Below are positions 27,582 through 38,501 of a stretch of DNA of 64,000 nucleotides, in pieces. Each line of letters opens with the position of its first letter. Positions within the stretch are counted from its first letter, which is position 1. The translations under genes and the position numbers were made by a program. Source of the stretch: a virus; the IMG/VR virus record IMGVR_UViG_3300020395_000002, positions 1 to 64,000 of that record; one strand, written 5' to 3'. Under the pieces are notes generated by a model that was not told the origin of the DNA, did no database searches, and was given only the letters and a program-made list of their open reading frames with translations.

Positions 27582-28486
27582 TGGCATACGACCCGACAAT
27601 TACTGACACCCAGACTCAAATATCTGGTAGTGGTCATATTAAACAAGAATGTGATCACGTTGATGACGCATATATGATCATCAAGCACAAGGAAGGACAT
27701 CATATCTTCCTAGATGCCGATGGATCTGTTCAAATATGTGCAGTAAAGGTACCTGCTGACAATAAAAATGCAGGTAAATTGAAGGTTAGTGTCTGGGGTG
27801 ATGCTATGGTTAAGATTCGTCAAGACGCTGATATAGAAGTCGTTGGTGAAGCATCCGTAAAGGTTGATGGAGATATAAATGCACACACTCAGGGAGATTT
27901 TAAGATTGGTGCAGCAGGTAATGTAAAGATTGTAGCTGATAAGAACATAGAGTTACAAGCTGGACAAGCAATAGGTCTAGGTGCTAAGGCAAAATTAGCT
28001 ATAGACACTCCTAGGATAGAAGAGAACACAGATATGAAGAAGAGTACTGTTAGTGGTCCTGTTACTGATGAGATTCACGGTGAGAGAACTCTTGCTATGA
28101 CTGATACTAGAGGTACCTTCCACATTAAGAGTAAAGGTCATTTGGTAACTAATGTTCTTGGTGACTCTTATGAGATGATTACAGGTAAAAAGAATCTTAA
28201 AGTAATGGGTAATATATCTGCACCACCACTACCTGTTATGGCTGGTCAGAAAGCAGCATATGCAAGTATGATAGGTGTTGCAGGTGGTACAGGTAGAGAT
28301 GAAAAGATTATGATAGGTAATGATGTCACTACTGTTACGGTAGGTAACAAAGTGACTAACGTAGCAGCAGGTAACCTTGTCAATACAGCAGGTGCTGGTA
28401 CAATTACAATGGCAGCAGGAGTTAATGCTACTATAACAGCGTCCTCTAACGTAACTATTGCAGGAGCTACAGTTTTCTTGAATTAA
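27581..28486 (+). CDS. gp5 C-terminal beta-helix spike-like protein
   Basis: SGH start, VxG repeats, ends ...VFLN. Confidence 0.7.
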   Translation: MAYDPTITDTQTQISGSGHIKQECDHVDDAYMIIKHKEGHHIFLDADGSVQICAVKVPADNKNAGKLKVSVWGDAMVKIRQDADIEVVGEASVKVDGDINAHTQGDFKIGAAGNVKIVADKNIELQAGQAIGLGAKAKLAIDTPRIEENTDMKKSTVSGPVTDEIHGERTLAMTDTRGTFHIKSKGHLVTNVLGDSYEMITGKKNLKVMGNISAPPLPVMAGQKAAYASMIGVAGGTGRDEKIMIGNDVTTVTVGNKVTNVAAGNLVNTAGAGTITMAAGVNATITASSNVTIAGATVFLN

Positions 28487-28506
28487 GTTGACAACTATGC
28501 TATACT
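28478..28506 (+). promoter_or_regulatory. sigma70-type promoter
   Basis: TTGAAT-17-TATACT with extended TG. Confidence 0.65.
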
Positions 28507-28516
28507 GTGAACACGT

Positions 28517-28720
28517 ATGGGAAGGTCAGAGATGACTGAGGACTATCTGAACAAAGTTGTTGTAGATGTTGAATCACGTTGCGTCAGGATTTATTCTGAT
28601 GAAGGTGAGAGCAATACAATTGACTGTTCCGATGACTATGAAGCCTTTCTTCGAGTCGTAGAACTATGTCGCAACGAAGCGTCAGAGGAGACTGTCTACG
28701 CTCCACTCTCAGATAGCTAA
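28517..28720 (+). CDS. Conserved small acidic hypothetical protein
   Basis: YLNKVVVDVESR..RIYSDEG...F.RVVE. Confidence 0.7.
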   Translation: MGRSEMTEDYLNKVVVDVESRCVRIYSDEGESNTIDCSDDYEAFLRVVELCRNEASEETVYAPLSDS

Positions 28721-28758
28721 TCTGAGGGAAATTCGGGTTTCGATTCCCTGAAACTCGA

Positions 28759-28798
28759 CAAAAAAACTCAGGCGGTTTTTACCCCCTTTAGTTTTTTT
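28759..28798 (+). repeat. Dispersed intergenic element, copy C
   Basis: caaaaaaactcaggcggtttttaccccctttagttttttt. Confidence 0.6.
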
Positions 28799-28833
28799 AT
28801 GTTATACTATATACATCACCAGATTTCGTCGTT

Positions 28834-29679
28834 ATGGCTCAACAGACCAATAAACCAGACCAATACGGTTTATTTTCATTATTCCCGATGTTCGTCTATC
28901 GTGGAAAACTTCAAACACACGCAAAGTGGAAAGATTTAGTCGAACCGATACTTACTAGGAGATATAAGGAACAGAATTCAAATAGTAATACACGGGATAC
29001 TGGTGGTACAGCATCTTGGAATTGTGATTGCTATACAACATTTTTTGATGAAAGTATGGTAGATCATAGTAAGGATCCTGAGATTCCTTACGGTGATTTG
29101 CTTCAAGACTGTTCACAGAACATTCAAGAAGCTATCAAAATGGCAGAGTTTTATCCTCACGCATTTCTGGTCGCACAACAGTGGTTTAACGTATATGGTC
29201 CTGGACAAAATCAGGAACCCCATAATCACGTTCCTTCACATTTGTCTGGTGTCTATTATATGAAGTATGACAATGACATTCATAATTCGACCACATATAT
29301 GAATCCTAATAAGATGTTTTTCGAGGCACCTCGTTATAACAAGCATTATTACGATCCTGAGTTATGTGGCTATGGATGCTATAAAGAGGAAATGACTCTA
29401 CAAGTCGAGGAAGGAGATATTGTTATTTTCCCTTCTCAGTTGGAACATATGGTTCAAAGGCAACCTGGTATTGTCAAGAATCCTAATGGTGAATTGTATA
29501 TGTCATTCTCCTTTAATGTTGAATTGGTTACAGAAACTGAAGCACAGCAACGTCTAGGTGGTAACCCTAAGATGGAACAACAACCAGGTGATTATCCTAC
29601 GACATCCATTCCTACAGAAGGAGGTCCGCCAGCTCCAGAAGGCAACCAATCAGGTGAATGGTCATCTGACTGGTTCTAA
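28834..29679 (+). CDS. Putative 2OG-Fe(II) oxygenase (TIGR02466-like)
   Basis: WFN...HNH..SGVYY...FPSQLEH...SFSFN. Confidence 0.8.
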   Translation: MAQQTNKPDQYGLFSLFPMFVYRGKLQTHAKWKDLVEPILTRRYKEQNSNSNTRDTGGTASWNCDCYTTFFDESMVDHSKDPEIPYGDLLQDCSQNIQEAIKMAEFYPHAFLVAQQWFNVYGPGQNQEPHNHVPSHLSGVYYMKYDNDIHNSTTYMNPNKMFFEAPRYNKHYYDPELCGYGCYKEEMTLQVEEGDIVIFPSQLEHMVQRQPGIVKNPNGELYMSFSFNVELVTETEAQQRLGGNPKMEQQPGDYPTTSIPTEGGPPAPEGNQSGEWSSDWF

Positions 29680-29690
29680 TTTCAACACAC

Positions 29691-29717
29691 AGGGGGAGAC
29701 AAAAATCCCCCTTGTTT
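29691..29717 (+). terminator. Probable terminator hairpin
   Basis: aggggga/tccccct stem followed by tgttt. Confidence 0.55.
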
Positions 29718-29754
29718 GATAATATAATAAGTATAACTAATCTTATTACCTACA

Positions 29755-29919
29755 ATGAACGGCAGATTAGACAAAGTTGCAATGACCTCCAAACTTATGC
29801 AACTTAAAAGAGAGCTACACTACAAATGTGAAATTGGAGAAAAAGGAGAGTGGGAATGTAGAGGTGCAAATGAGTACCTAAACAGAACTCTCGATATATT
29901 GGACGAGTACCATCAATGA
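29755..29919 (+). CDS. 54-aa hypothetical protein (not in the ORF track)
   Basis: MNGRLDKVAMTSKLMQLKRELHYK...ANEYLNRTLDILDEYHQ*; ATGA overlap with the next gene. Confidence 0.7.
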   Translation: MNGRLDKVAMTSKLMQLKRELHYKCEIGEKGEWECRGANEYLNRTLDILDEYHQ

Positions 29920-30254
29920 CACCAAACATACACGACATACCTGGAATAGGTGCCTTCTACACTAAATCAGAAGTAGATGACCTGATCAAGGCTGCTGTGG
30001 ATGAAGCAAGGGCAATTGATGAAGAGTCGATGCGTAAACACAACCGAGACGCTACAATTATCTCTATGATACTCGGTTTTACCTGTTTAGCACTATTTGT
30101 AGACGGATTACTAAGAATTTTAGGTATTATACCTCCATTTGCAGGTCTTGATGTTAATATCATCGATCAGATTGTAGAAAAGGTGGAAAAGGACGTTTTG
30201 CCATTAGTTGAACCTACTTTACAGAAAGGACTTCAATACATACCTGGTAGATAA
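29916..30254 (+). CDS. Hypothetical membrane protein
   Basis: HNRDATIISMILGFTCLALFVDGLLRILGIIPP hydrophobic segment. Confidence 0.7.
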   Translation: MTPNIHDIPGIGAFYTKSEVDDLIKAAVDEARAIDEESMRKHNRDATIISMILGFTCLALFVDGLLRILGIIPPFAGLDVNIIDQIVEKVEKDVLPLVEPTLQKGLQYIPGR

Positions 30255-30262
30255 TATAAATA
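30255..30262 (+). promoter_or_regulatory. Late promoter (exact T4 consensus)
   Basis: TATAAATA 33 nt upstream of the large virion gene. Confidence 0.75.
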
Positions 30263-30295
30263 CCCAAAGGATATCCAAATACAGTATTATAGGTA

Positions 30296-33200
30296 ATGGC
30301 ACTTACCAGATTAGAGAATCTTATATCCAGTAAAACTGGACGTTTCGTCTACGTTTCTCCTGATGACTTTAACGCATCTGATGACGTAAACAACAGAGGT
30401 AATTCTCCCACCCGACCATTTAAGAGTATACAGCGTGCGTTTCTTGAAGTTTCACGCTTTTCATACAAATCAGGACCAGATAACGACAGGTTTGACGAGT
30501 TCACAGTCGTATTGTCTCCAGGAGATCATTATATTGATAACAGACCAGGTGTAGCTAGTGCCAGTCTTATACCTGATTTTAGTACCAATGTTAACTTTGA
30601 TTTAGGTAACTCTCAGAACGACCTATACAAGTTTAACCCATTAACAGGTGGTGTAATTGTCCCTAGAGGTACTTCTCTAGTGGGTATGGACTTAAGAAAG
30701 ACGAAAGTCCGTCCTTTGTATATCCCTAACCCTACTGATGATACTATACCAGAATCATCTATATTCAATGTAACTGGTGGATGCTATTTCTGGCAGTTCT
30801 CAATATTTGACGGTAAGCAGAAGGTATATTTCGACACTACAGGAAATAAGGCCAATCCTACATTCTCACACCATAAGATCACCAACTTTACTTTTGCTGA
30901 TGCAGAAGATCTAACTCTTTATTATGATAAGATTGGTGATGCCTATGTTAATATGGTCACCGACATTGACGTTGACGGTGCTATTGAGGAGACTGACCTA
31001 GAAAACAGAATTGTTGGTCCTCTATCAGATAAGAAGATTATTGAGTCGATTACACCTCAGACACTTGGTGGTAATGCGACAGAAATTAAAATTAAGACAA
31101 AAGCACCTCACGGTTATTTTGTAGGGCAGTTTGTTACGATTGATGACACTGGTCTAACGAATGACCTTCACGGTTCATTCCTAATTACACGTTTAGACCC
31201 TGCTGATAATACACTATTCTATTATCGTGTTAATGAGAGTATTACCTCTCTAATTTCAGGTACTACCTATACTACTGCATCTCTACCTCCTAACAGGTTG
31301 AATGAGAACGCTATTGTACAGGCAGAGATTGACACTGTTGACTCAGCGTCACCATATATGTTCAACCTGTCTATCAGATCCACTTGGGGTCTGTGTGGTA
31401 TGCACGCTGATGGATCTAAGGTTACTGGATTCAAATCTATGGTTTGTGCACAGTATACTGGTGTATCACTACAGAAAGATGACAGAGCATTTACTAAGTT
31501 TAACGAAGAGACAGCACAGTTTGACTCAGCGTGGAATGGCGTAGCTGTAACAGATCCAGAAGAATTATCTACTGGTTCATTCGCTACTACACCATATCAT
31601 ACTGATGGTAGAGCATACTTTAAGAATGAATGGCGTAACGCTCACGTTCGTCTATCTAATGATGCTTTCATTCAGGCAGTTTCGATCTTCGCTGTTGGTT
31701 TCGCAGATCACTTCCTAATTGAGTCTGGTGCTGACATTTCAATTACCAACAGTAACAGTAACTTTGGTAATACTGCTCTAGATGCTATTGGATACAAAGG
31801 ATATTCATTCTTCCAAGATAAGCACGGATATATTACTGATATTGTTCCTCCACAGACAGTTGATTTAGAAGATACCACAGAACCTCCATACTACGGTATC
31901 GATATTATTGCGTCTAAAGAACCTTCTGGTCAGACACGTGTTTACCTATCAGGTGAACCAGAAGAGATTTCGGATCCAGATAAGACACCAACATATATTC
32001 TACAAGACTATAAGATCGGTTCTAAGCGTGATGACAGAATATACTCTAAATTAGAACCAGATATCGCTGGTGGTGAGGCAGGTCCACAAGAGAAGTCTGC
32101 TGAACTATCACCTAGTGGTTTCGATACTTTCACTATAACAACTCTTTCTACTGCATCACAGTCAGAACAGAACGCACAAGGTGAAACGATTACATATCGT
32201 ACCACAATCTTCACTTGTCCTGAAGCACACGGTTTATATACAGGTACTCCAGTTCGTTTAGTACCGAAGAGAACTAGTAATACTATTGCTGATGAATTGG
32301 TACGTCTTCCTAAGGGATTGATACCTAATACTGTATACTACCTTATTTCTCCAGGTCGTCATACACAACCTGTACCACCAGATCAGACATTCCCCACAGA
32401 GGATCTAAACACATTCTTGTTGGCAGCATCTGAAGATGACGCTGCTGCTGGTAACGCTATCTACATTCCAGAAGGTTTAAACTCTGGTGTTCAGATACAG
32501 ATGTTCCAGTACATCTTTGATGTCATCCCAACACCTTACAAGTATAAGATCACTAATGCTGATCCTGCTACTAATGAGTTTACACTAGAGTCTCCACACG
32601 TATTTGATAAGGGTTTTGCAACTAAAGCAGCAACACCTGTATTCTTCCGTGCTAAGCCTGGATCTCAACTTCCTGGTGGACTTGATAAGAATAAGATGTA
32701 TTACGTCATCTATGACAATACTGACGCTAATACTAATAAGTTTAAGATTGCAGAGTCTGCTGCACTAGCTATCCAAGGTGGTGGTGTTCCGTTTAGTATC
32801 ACATCTAGTGGTACTGTTGGACAAGTAGGTCAAGATGAAATATTTGTCTTCTCCTGCAATAGTCGTCACCCACTAAGGTATGACCCAGAAATGACCGCAT
32901 CTCCTCTAAGGAGTGGTCATTGGTATATGAATGTACTTAATACAGGTACACAACCTAACACAATATATCAAAGAATTTCATCTCTCACGGAGTATACCAG
33001 TGAAGAAATTATCTCAACTTCAAATACATACATCAAACGTATCAACGATAGACGTAGGGAAGATGACCGTATCTATCGTCTCCGCTACGTCATCCCCAAG
33101 GAGGTTGATAACGTCAGGGAACCATTGCTCGGTTATGTCCTTAAGATCAGAACTGACGAGAATAGAAGACTAAGACCTCAGAAAGTTGTTCTTGAAGCAC

Positions 33201-36200
33201 TTGATGGTACTTCAGATTTACCGACATTCTATGGTGGATCTCCTACTATAGATGGTCTTGGTAATAACTTACCTATTCAGAATGACTTTAACTATGATCC
33301 ATATCTAACTGGTAATAGTAAGGCTCTAGTAACTGACTCTGGTATTAAGTTTACAATTGAATCAGCAAGACAGAAGACAATAACAGGTATTAATAGAATT
33401 GAATTAACTGTTGTAGATCATACTATCAACACTAACATAGCTGCTGGTACTGCACTAGCATCTGGTACTATACTTACAGAATTTAAACTAACCAGTGTTG
33501 CTGGTGGTGGATTTATAACTGGTAACTCAGTTGCTTGGTCTGGATTCTCAAGTAGTGCTCCTATTAGTGGTACACTTCCTACTGTACATAAACAGTATAC
33601 TGAAGGTGGAAACACATATGTTGTTGTAGCTAGTGACTTCTCACTACTACCTTATATTAAGTACAATGCTGGTACAAGTACTATACTTGCTAGTGGTAGT
33701 GGTACTGGTATATTGGCAGAGAAGCCAAATGGTGGTAGAGATGACTTTAAGAATTATGATGATGATCTTGGTAGACAGTATGTTATCCAGAATGCACCAG
33801 TATACACACTGACACCTGGCGATTTCGTTAGGGATGAAACTGACGGTAACCAGAAAGATTATAAGGTTGTATCTGTAGAAGATGTTGATGAGATTACAAA
33901 TACCTACTACATCTATCGTGTTAAGACTCTTCGTAAGAGAATTTACAATCAGCAAGATGGTATTTACTATCTAACTGCTCTACGTGGTGACTTTGCACCA
34001 TCTGTAAGTGAGTTTAACTCATTCAAGTTTGGTCATCCAACAGAGAGACTATATCCTGAATTATTTGCTGATGATCCACTATGGTTCGACCCTAATGGTG
34101 ACGGTTCTACTATTGCTGATGCTCCAGCAACTATCTCTGTTGCTGACAACTATGTTCACGGTCTTGTTGTTGCTGATGACAATAAGAATAGTATTACGAG
34201 GGAGGCTACAGAAAGCATCCTAGGAAATATCGGTAGATTTGGTTCTGGTGCTGCTAATCCTGTTACTCTCGGAGCAATGGAAGGTAAGGCAGTTGCTTCT
34301 CGTGAAGACAGAGTTATTGGTATTGAAGGTAATAGTACTGATGTTGCTGATCGTAGGTTCTATGTTGAACTTAGACGACCTTCACAGGCAAGATCTGGTA
34401 ACCATACCTTTGAATATACTGGTTTTGGTCCAGGTAACTACTCAACTGCATTCCCATCTAGACAGGAATACGTTCTATCTGATGATGAAGTCCTCTTCTC
34501 TCAGGCAAAACGTCAAGACGGTGGTGTTGTATTCTATTCTGGTCTAAACGCTAACGGTGATCTATTCGTTGGTAACCAAAGAATCAATGCTATCTCTGGT
34601 GAAGAGACTAAGATTGATGACTCTATTCTAAGGGTAGCTGGTGAGAACGTTGATGAGGAAGAGAATACTAATGACATCACGGTTGATACACTAACTGTTA
34701 ATAATAAAGTTAAGTTCAATCTATCAAATGACTTCCTAATATCTGCTCTTGGTGGTACTAAGTTTACCTCACCTGTTGAGATAGCTCTATCAGAAGATCC
34801 ATTTGCTAATAGTAGTGATGATCCTCCTGCATTAAAGATTAAGAGTGTTGGTAATATTAGTAACCCATCTGTTGATGCATTCCTGACTACAACAGATATG
34901 GAATTCAATCCAGTGTTCAAACCTAATAGTATTAAGTTTGCTCAATGGATAATTAACCCACGTAATGAAACTAGTGGACTTGAATATGCAATCAAGACTT
35001 CTGTAGATAAGGTTGTACCTGCTTCAGAAAGTTTCAAACAAGAAGGTACAATTGAACTTCGTGGTACTCAGACAGTTGGTGAAGCACATAGAATTGCTAA
35101 CGTCAACTATAACACTACACTAGGTTGGATATACACTCAGATTGGTGGATATCAAGGTGGTGAAACTCCTGAGTATGGATGGAGAGAATGGGGTGTAATT
35201 GGTGCTGATGCACTAACCACATATACTACAGGTGGTGGTTCTACTGCTAATGATCCTGGTAATGATATGAGGTTGGGTATTAACCTCAGAAACGTACGTA
35301 CTACTAATGCTAGTGTTATTCCAACACAGACATTAGATGTAGAAGGTTCTGGTATCTTCCGTAACTCTCTATGGGTTGGTGGTGATAACCTTAACCCAAC
35401 TGGACAACATACACTACGTGTATTTGATGATGATGGTAATGGTATAGGACGTGTACACGTTAACAGTGGTGAAACAACAGAGACACTGGCTAATATTGGT
35501 CTATGGGTTGGTGGTGACACTATCATTCGTGGATCTGGTGCTGGAACTGCTCCTGTTGAATCAGTTGGTGGTGGACAAGCACAAGGTAACTTGACTATTG
35601 ATGGTACCTTTACTGCTTTAAGTAATGGTTCTCACGAAATGGTGGGTGACCTAACAGTTACCAAGGACTTGTATGTCCGTGGTGGTAATATGAAGATGTA
35701 TCAGATAGATAGCGGTACTGATTTACGTATTGATGTACAACAAGCTAACACTGCTGCTTCTTCTAACTATATCTCTGCACACGGTCAGAACATTGTAGTT
35801 GGTGATGCCATCTATACTAACGATCATTTTGACGATGCATCAACTGCTAAGTTAGTTGCTCTCTCAGACGGATCTGCACGTATCGGTAATGCTAATAGTG
35901 GTATTCAGATGACTGATACCAGTATGGTTTCTATCGGTTCTGCTACACCTGACATTGCACAAAGACTATGGGTTAAAGGTTCTACTAAGATTGAACTTGA
36001 TAGTGCTGAACTATTCTCAGTATACAACCAGACTACTCCTAGACTTACAATGAATAAGGATGGGCGTATTGATCTAGTTGGTTCTGGTAGTCTTACTGAT
36101 CCTACTGGACGTTGGGATGCTAATGGTGCATTATCTATTGGTAATGACTTCCTAATTGGTAAGACACACATCAATGATGATGCAACTTATAGCATTGACT

Positions 36201-36805
36201 CACAGACTGGTAATACAGTTATTGGTAATGATACAGATAACTCTGGTACATTAACAGTTCATAGTAACACTAACTCATCATCTAAAGATACTGGTGCAGT
36301 TATAATTGCAGACGGTGGTCTTGGAGTTGAGGGTAACATCAATGCTGGTGGAGACATCAATGCTGGTGGAAATATATCCTCTGCTACTGGTGCACTTGAT
36401 ATCAACAATGGTGGATCTAATAACTTCAAGGTTAATACTGACGGTAGTATTGACATCAATCAAGTTACTGGATACTTTACACCTACAGGTGGACGTAAGT
36501 GGGTTGGAACTGGTGTAGACGCTACTCTAGAAGTTAATACTAACTACTATGTTACTACATTTGGTGCTGCTACATTAACGTTGACATTACCTTCTGCTCC
36601 TCAGAAAGGAGATGAGATACGTATTCTAGATACTACAGATGGATTGACTTATAATAAGTCTATCATTGTACAATCACCTCAGGGTGGTACCGTCGTTCCT
36701 GTTCAAGGAGACTCTCAAGGTCAACTTGTTATTCAGACACCAGGTGCTGGCTTGGGTCTTGTTTATCTTACTGCTTCAATCGGTTGGAGACTAATTGAAC
36801 TATAA
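30296..36805 (+). CDS. Large virion structural/tail fibre-type protein
   Basis: 2169 aa; N-terminal YVSP..ASD...RPFKSIQRA, beta-rich body, C-terminal LPSAPQKGDEIRILD...GWRL module. Confidence 0.8.
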   Translation: MALTRLENLISSKTGRFVYVSPDDFNASDDVNNRGNSPTRPFKSIQRAFLEVSRFSYKSGPDNDRFDEFTVVLSPGDHYIDNRPGVASASLIPDFSTNVNFDLGNSQNDLYKFNPLTGGVIVPRGTSLVGMDLRKTKVRPLYIPNPTDDTIPESSIFNVTGGCYFWQFSIFDGKQKVYFDTTGNKANPTFSHHKITNFTFADAEDLTLYYDKIGDAYVNMVTDIDVDGAIEETDLENRIVGPLSDKKIIESITPQTLGGNATEIKIKTKAPHGYFVGQFVTIDDTGLTNDLHGSFLITRLDPADNTLFYYRVNESITSLISGTTYTTASLPPNRLNENAIVQAEIDTVDSASPYMFNLSIRSTWGLCGMHADGSKVTGFKSMVCAQYTGVSLQKDDRAFTKFNEETAQFDSAWNGVAVTDPEELSTGSFATTPYHTDGRAYFKNEWRNAHVRLSNDAFIQAVSIFAVGFADHFLIESGADISITNSNSNFGNTALDAIGYKGYSFFQDKHGYITDIVPPQTVDLEDTTEPPYYGIDIIASKEPSGQTRVYLSGEPEEISDPDKTPTYILQDYKIGSKRDDRIYSKLEPDIAGGEAGPQEKSAELSPSGFDTFTITTLSTASQSEQNAQGETITYRTTIFTCPEAHGLYTGTPVRLVPKRTSNTIADELVRLPKGLIPNTVYYLISPGRHTQPVPPDQTFPTEDLNTFLLAASEDDAAAGNAIYIPEGLNSGVQIQMFQYIFDVIPTPYKYKITNADPATNEFTLESPHVFDKGFATKAATPVFFRAKPGSQLPGGLDKNKMYYVIYDNTDANTNKFKIAESAALAIQGGGVPFSITSSGTVGQVGQDEIFVFSCNSRHPLRYDPEMTASPLRSGHWYMNVLNTGTQPNTIYQRISSLTEYTSEEIISTSNTYIKRINDRRREDDRIYRLRYVIPKEVDNVREPLLGYVLKIRTDENRRLRPQKVVLEALDGTSDLPTFYGGSPTIDGLGNNLPIQNDFNYDPYLTGNSKALVTDSGIKFTIESARQKTITGINRIELTVVDHTINTNIAAGTALASGTILTEFKLTSVAGGGFITGNSVAWSGFSSSAPISGTLPTVHKQYTEGGNTYVVVASDFSLLPYIKYNAGTSTILASGSGTGILAEKPNGGRDDFKNYDDDLGRQYVIQNAPVYTLTPGDFVRDETDGNQKDYKVVSVEDVDEITNTYYIYRVKTLRKRIYNQQDGIYYLTALRGDFAPSVSEFNSFKFGHPTERLYPELFADDPLWFDPNGDGSTIADAPATISVADNYVHGLVVADDNKNSITREATESILGNIGRFGSGAANPVTLGAMEGKAVASREDRVIGIEGNSTDVADRRFYVELRRPSQARSGNHTFEYTGFGPGNYSTAFPSRQEYVLSDDEVLFSQAKRQDGGVVFYSGLNANGDLFVGNQRINAISGEETKIDDSILRVAGENVDEEENTNDITVDTLTVNNKVKFNLSNDFLISALGGTKFTSPVEIALSEDPFANSSDDPPALKIKSVGNISNPSVDAFLTTTDMEFNPVFKPNSIKFAQWIINPRNETSGLEYAIKTSVDKVVPASESFKQEGTIELRGTQTVGEAHRIANVNYNTTLGWIYTQIGGYQGGETPEYGWREWGVIGADALTTYTTGGGSTANDPGNDMRLGINLRNVRTTNASVIPTQTLDVEGSGIFRNSLWVGGDNLNPTGQHTLRVFDDDGNGIGRVHVNSGETTETLANIGLWVGGDTIIRGSGAGTAPVESVGGGQAQGNLTIDGTFTALSNGSHEMVGDLTVTKDLYVRGGNMKMYQIDSGTDLRIDVQQANTAASSNYISAHGQNIVVGDAIYTNDHFDDASTAKLVALSDGSARIGNANSGIQMTDTSMVSIGSATPDIAQRLWVKGSTKIELDSAELFSVYNQTTPRLTMNKDGRIDLVGSGSLTDPTGRWDANGALSIGNDFLIGKTHINDDATYSIDSQTGNTVIGNDTDNSGTLTVHSNTNSSSKDTGAVIIADGGLGVEGNINAGGDINAGGNISSATGALDINNGGSNNFKVNTDGSIDINQVTGYFTPTGGRKWVGTGVDATLEVNTNYYVTTFGAATLTLTLPSAPQKGDEIRILDTTDGLTYNKSIIVQSPQGGTVVPVQGDSQGQLVIQTPGAGLGLVYLTASIGWRLIEL

Positions 36806-37572
36806 TGAAGAATCTAGCGTCAATAAGAGGCTTCAAGAATGCCTCTATAGGTACAATAATGTCGTGGACTGGTACCACAGGTGATTTGCCAAAGGGTTGG
36901 CTAGCCTGTGATGGTACGACATATAATGATGCTGATTATCCTGCACTAGTATCCGTTATTGGATATACCTACGGTGGTAGTTCAGGATCATCTACTTTTG
37001 TTTTACCAAACTTAAATGGATCAAATAGAGTACCAGTTCATAAAGGATCTGCATATGCATCCTCAACAGGTGGATCTACAACAACAAATATTACATTGAA
37101 TGCTGAATGGCTTATATTAAATAGACCAAACACAACTGTATCGTTTTCACCTCCACAAGCTATACAATCTACTGGACCAGGTGGATGTATCTGGGAACAA
37201 GTAGCAACCATTCAACCAAGAACTTTACCTCACGATTGTTTACCAGCACACAACCACACATATACTATACAAAACTGTAATGACCAGAGAACTGGTACTC
37301 CTAGTGGTGAGTCTGGTGGTGATAATACTCCTGCGTGTGCAATAGGTCACTATCCTAAACCATTTGATACAGTTGGTAGTGGATCAGCTCATAGTCACGG
37401 AAGTGTTAAATATACTGTAGAGAGAGGAAGTATTCAAATAGCTCCTTATACTAGGGACTATGACTCTACTAATAGTACTGTTGCTCTAAATAATAATCCA
37501 GGTGTAGGTAACTCTCAACTGGCTATGAATCCTCCATATCAATCAGCAATATACATCATTAAAGCATTCTAA
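36805..37572 (+). CDS. Tail-collar-domain fibre protein
   Basis: IGTIMSW..LPKGWLACDG..YPAL..IGYTYGG..FVLPNL; HxH motifs. Confidence 0.85.
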   Translation: MKNLASIRGFKNASIGTIMSWTGTTGDLPKGWLACDGTTYNDADYPALVSVIGYTYGGSSGSSTFVLPNLNGSNRVPVHKGSAYASSTGGSTTTNITLNAEWLILNRPNTTVSFSPPQAIQSTGPGGCIWEQVATIQPRTLPHDCLPAHNHTYTIQNCNDQRTGTPSGESGGDNTPACAIGHYPKPFDTVGSGSAHSHGSVKYTVERGSIQIAPYTRDYDSTNSTVALNNNPGVGNSQLAMNPPYQSAIYIIKAF

Positions 37573-38501
37573 TGGCAAAGGTATACGCAGCAATTAAAGG
37601 AGCACAAGGTGTTGCACCAGGAGTTATTGTACCTTTTTCTAGAGAAGTGCAGAACAGTAGTCAGCAGATGAATCGTGTACCTGCTGGATATTTGAGATGT
37701 GATGGTACGACATATCAAGCACAAGATTATCCAGATCTTGCAAGAGTTTTAGGTGTAGGTTCTGCTGGTGGCAGTGGAATACCTGCGTGTAGATATCCAA
37801 CAGGACTTTCTGGCACTGCATTATTAAATCCTACACTAGATGCTAACGGTAATTTTACTGGTGGCACATTCTGTGTTCCTAATTTAGGATCAAAGCATTT
37901 ACAACCTAGTAATACAGCAGGTAGTCAGTATCTTGGCGATCCAGCAATGAGTGGTGGTGGTGTTGTAGAACGTGCTGGTATAGGATACAAAGCACAAATT
38001 CAAAATGCAGCATCCAGTTCTTATACAGGGATGATACGTGTTGAGGAGTATAAAGCTCCAGCAACAGGATCCCCAATACTAACAATAGATCAATCTGGTA
38101 ATGCTTCTGCTACCATATCTATTGCTCAGATAGAAGCACACGATCACGGTCTGACAGGTGCTAATGCACCAACTATGACACATATTACAGGTATAGGTTT
38201 TGACACCGACTTAACAGAGTTTGATAAGTATGGTGTTAACCTCTGGAAAGGTCCGTCTATTGGTGTAGGTGGAGTTAACTTTCCTGGTTTCTTTGAGATC
38301 GATCACACTGGTGCAGATGTAAACCACACTCACAGTTGTGGTGGTGGTGCTGCTTCTAATCAGTTGGAGTTTACTCAACCAGCTATAGATTTGTCATTCT
38401 CAGGTTCTACTGCCAGCTGTGGTTTAACTGCTGATAGTAGAGAACATCTAAATCACGTTACATCTCCATATATGATTATGGAATTCATCGTCAAGTACTA
38501 A
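37572..38501 (+). CDS. Tail-collar-domain fibre protein
   Basis: PGVIVPF..PAGYLRCDG..YPDLARVLG..FCVPNL; HxH motifs. Confidence 0.85.
   Translation: MAKVYAAIKGAQGVAPGVIVPFSREVQNSSQQMNRVPAGYLRCDGTTYQAQDYPDLARVLGVGSAGGSGIPACRYPTGLSGTALLNPTLDANGNFTGGTFCVPNLGSKHLQPSNTAGSQYLGDPAMSGGGVVERAGIGYKAQIQNAASSSYTGMIRVEEYKAPATGSPILTIDQSGNASATISIAQIEAHDHGLTGANAPTMTHITGIGFDTDLTEFDKYGVNLWKGPSIGVGGVNFPGFFEIDHTGADVNHTHSCGGGAASNQLEFTQPAIDLSFSGSTASCGLTADSREHLNHVTSPYMIMEFIVKY

Noticed and set aside
28718-28834. Stop-codon readthrough from 28517 into the oxygenase, driven by the downstream structure
   Set aside because: The readthrough frame is not the frame of 28834
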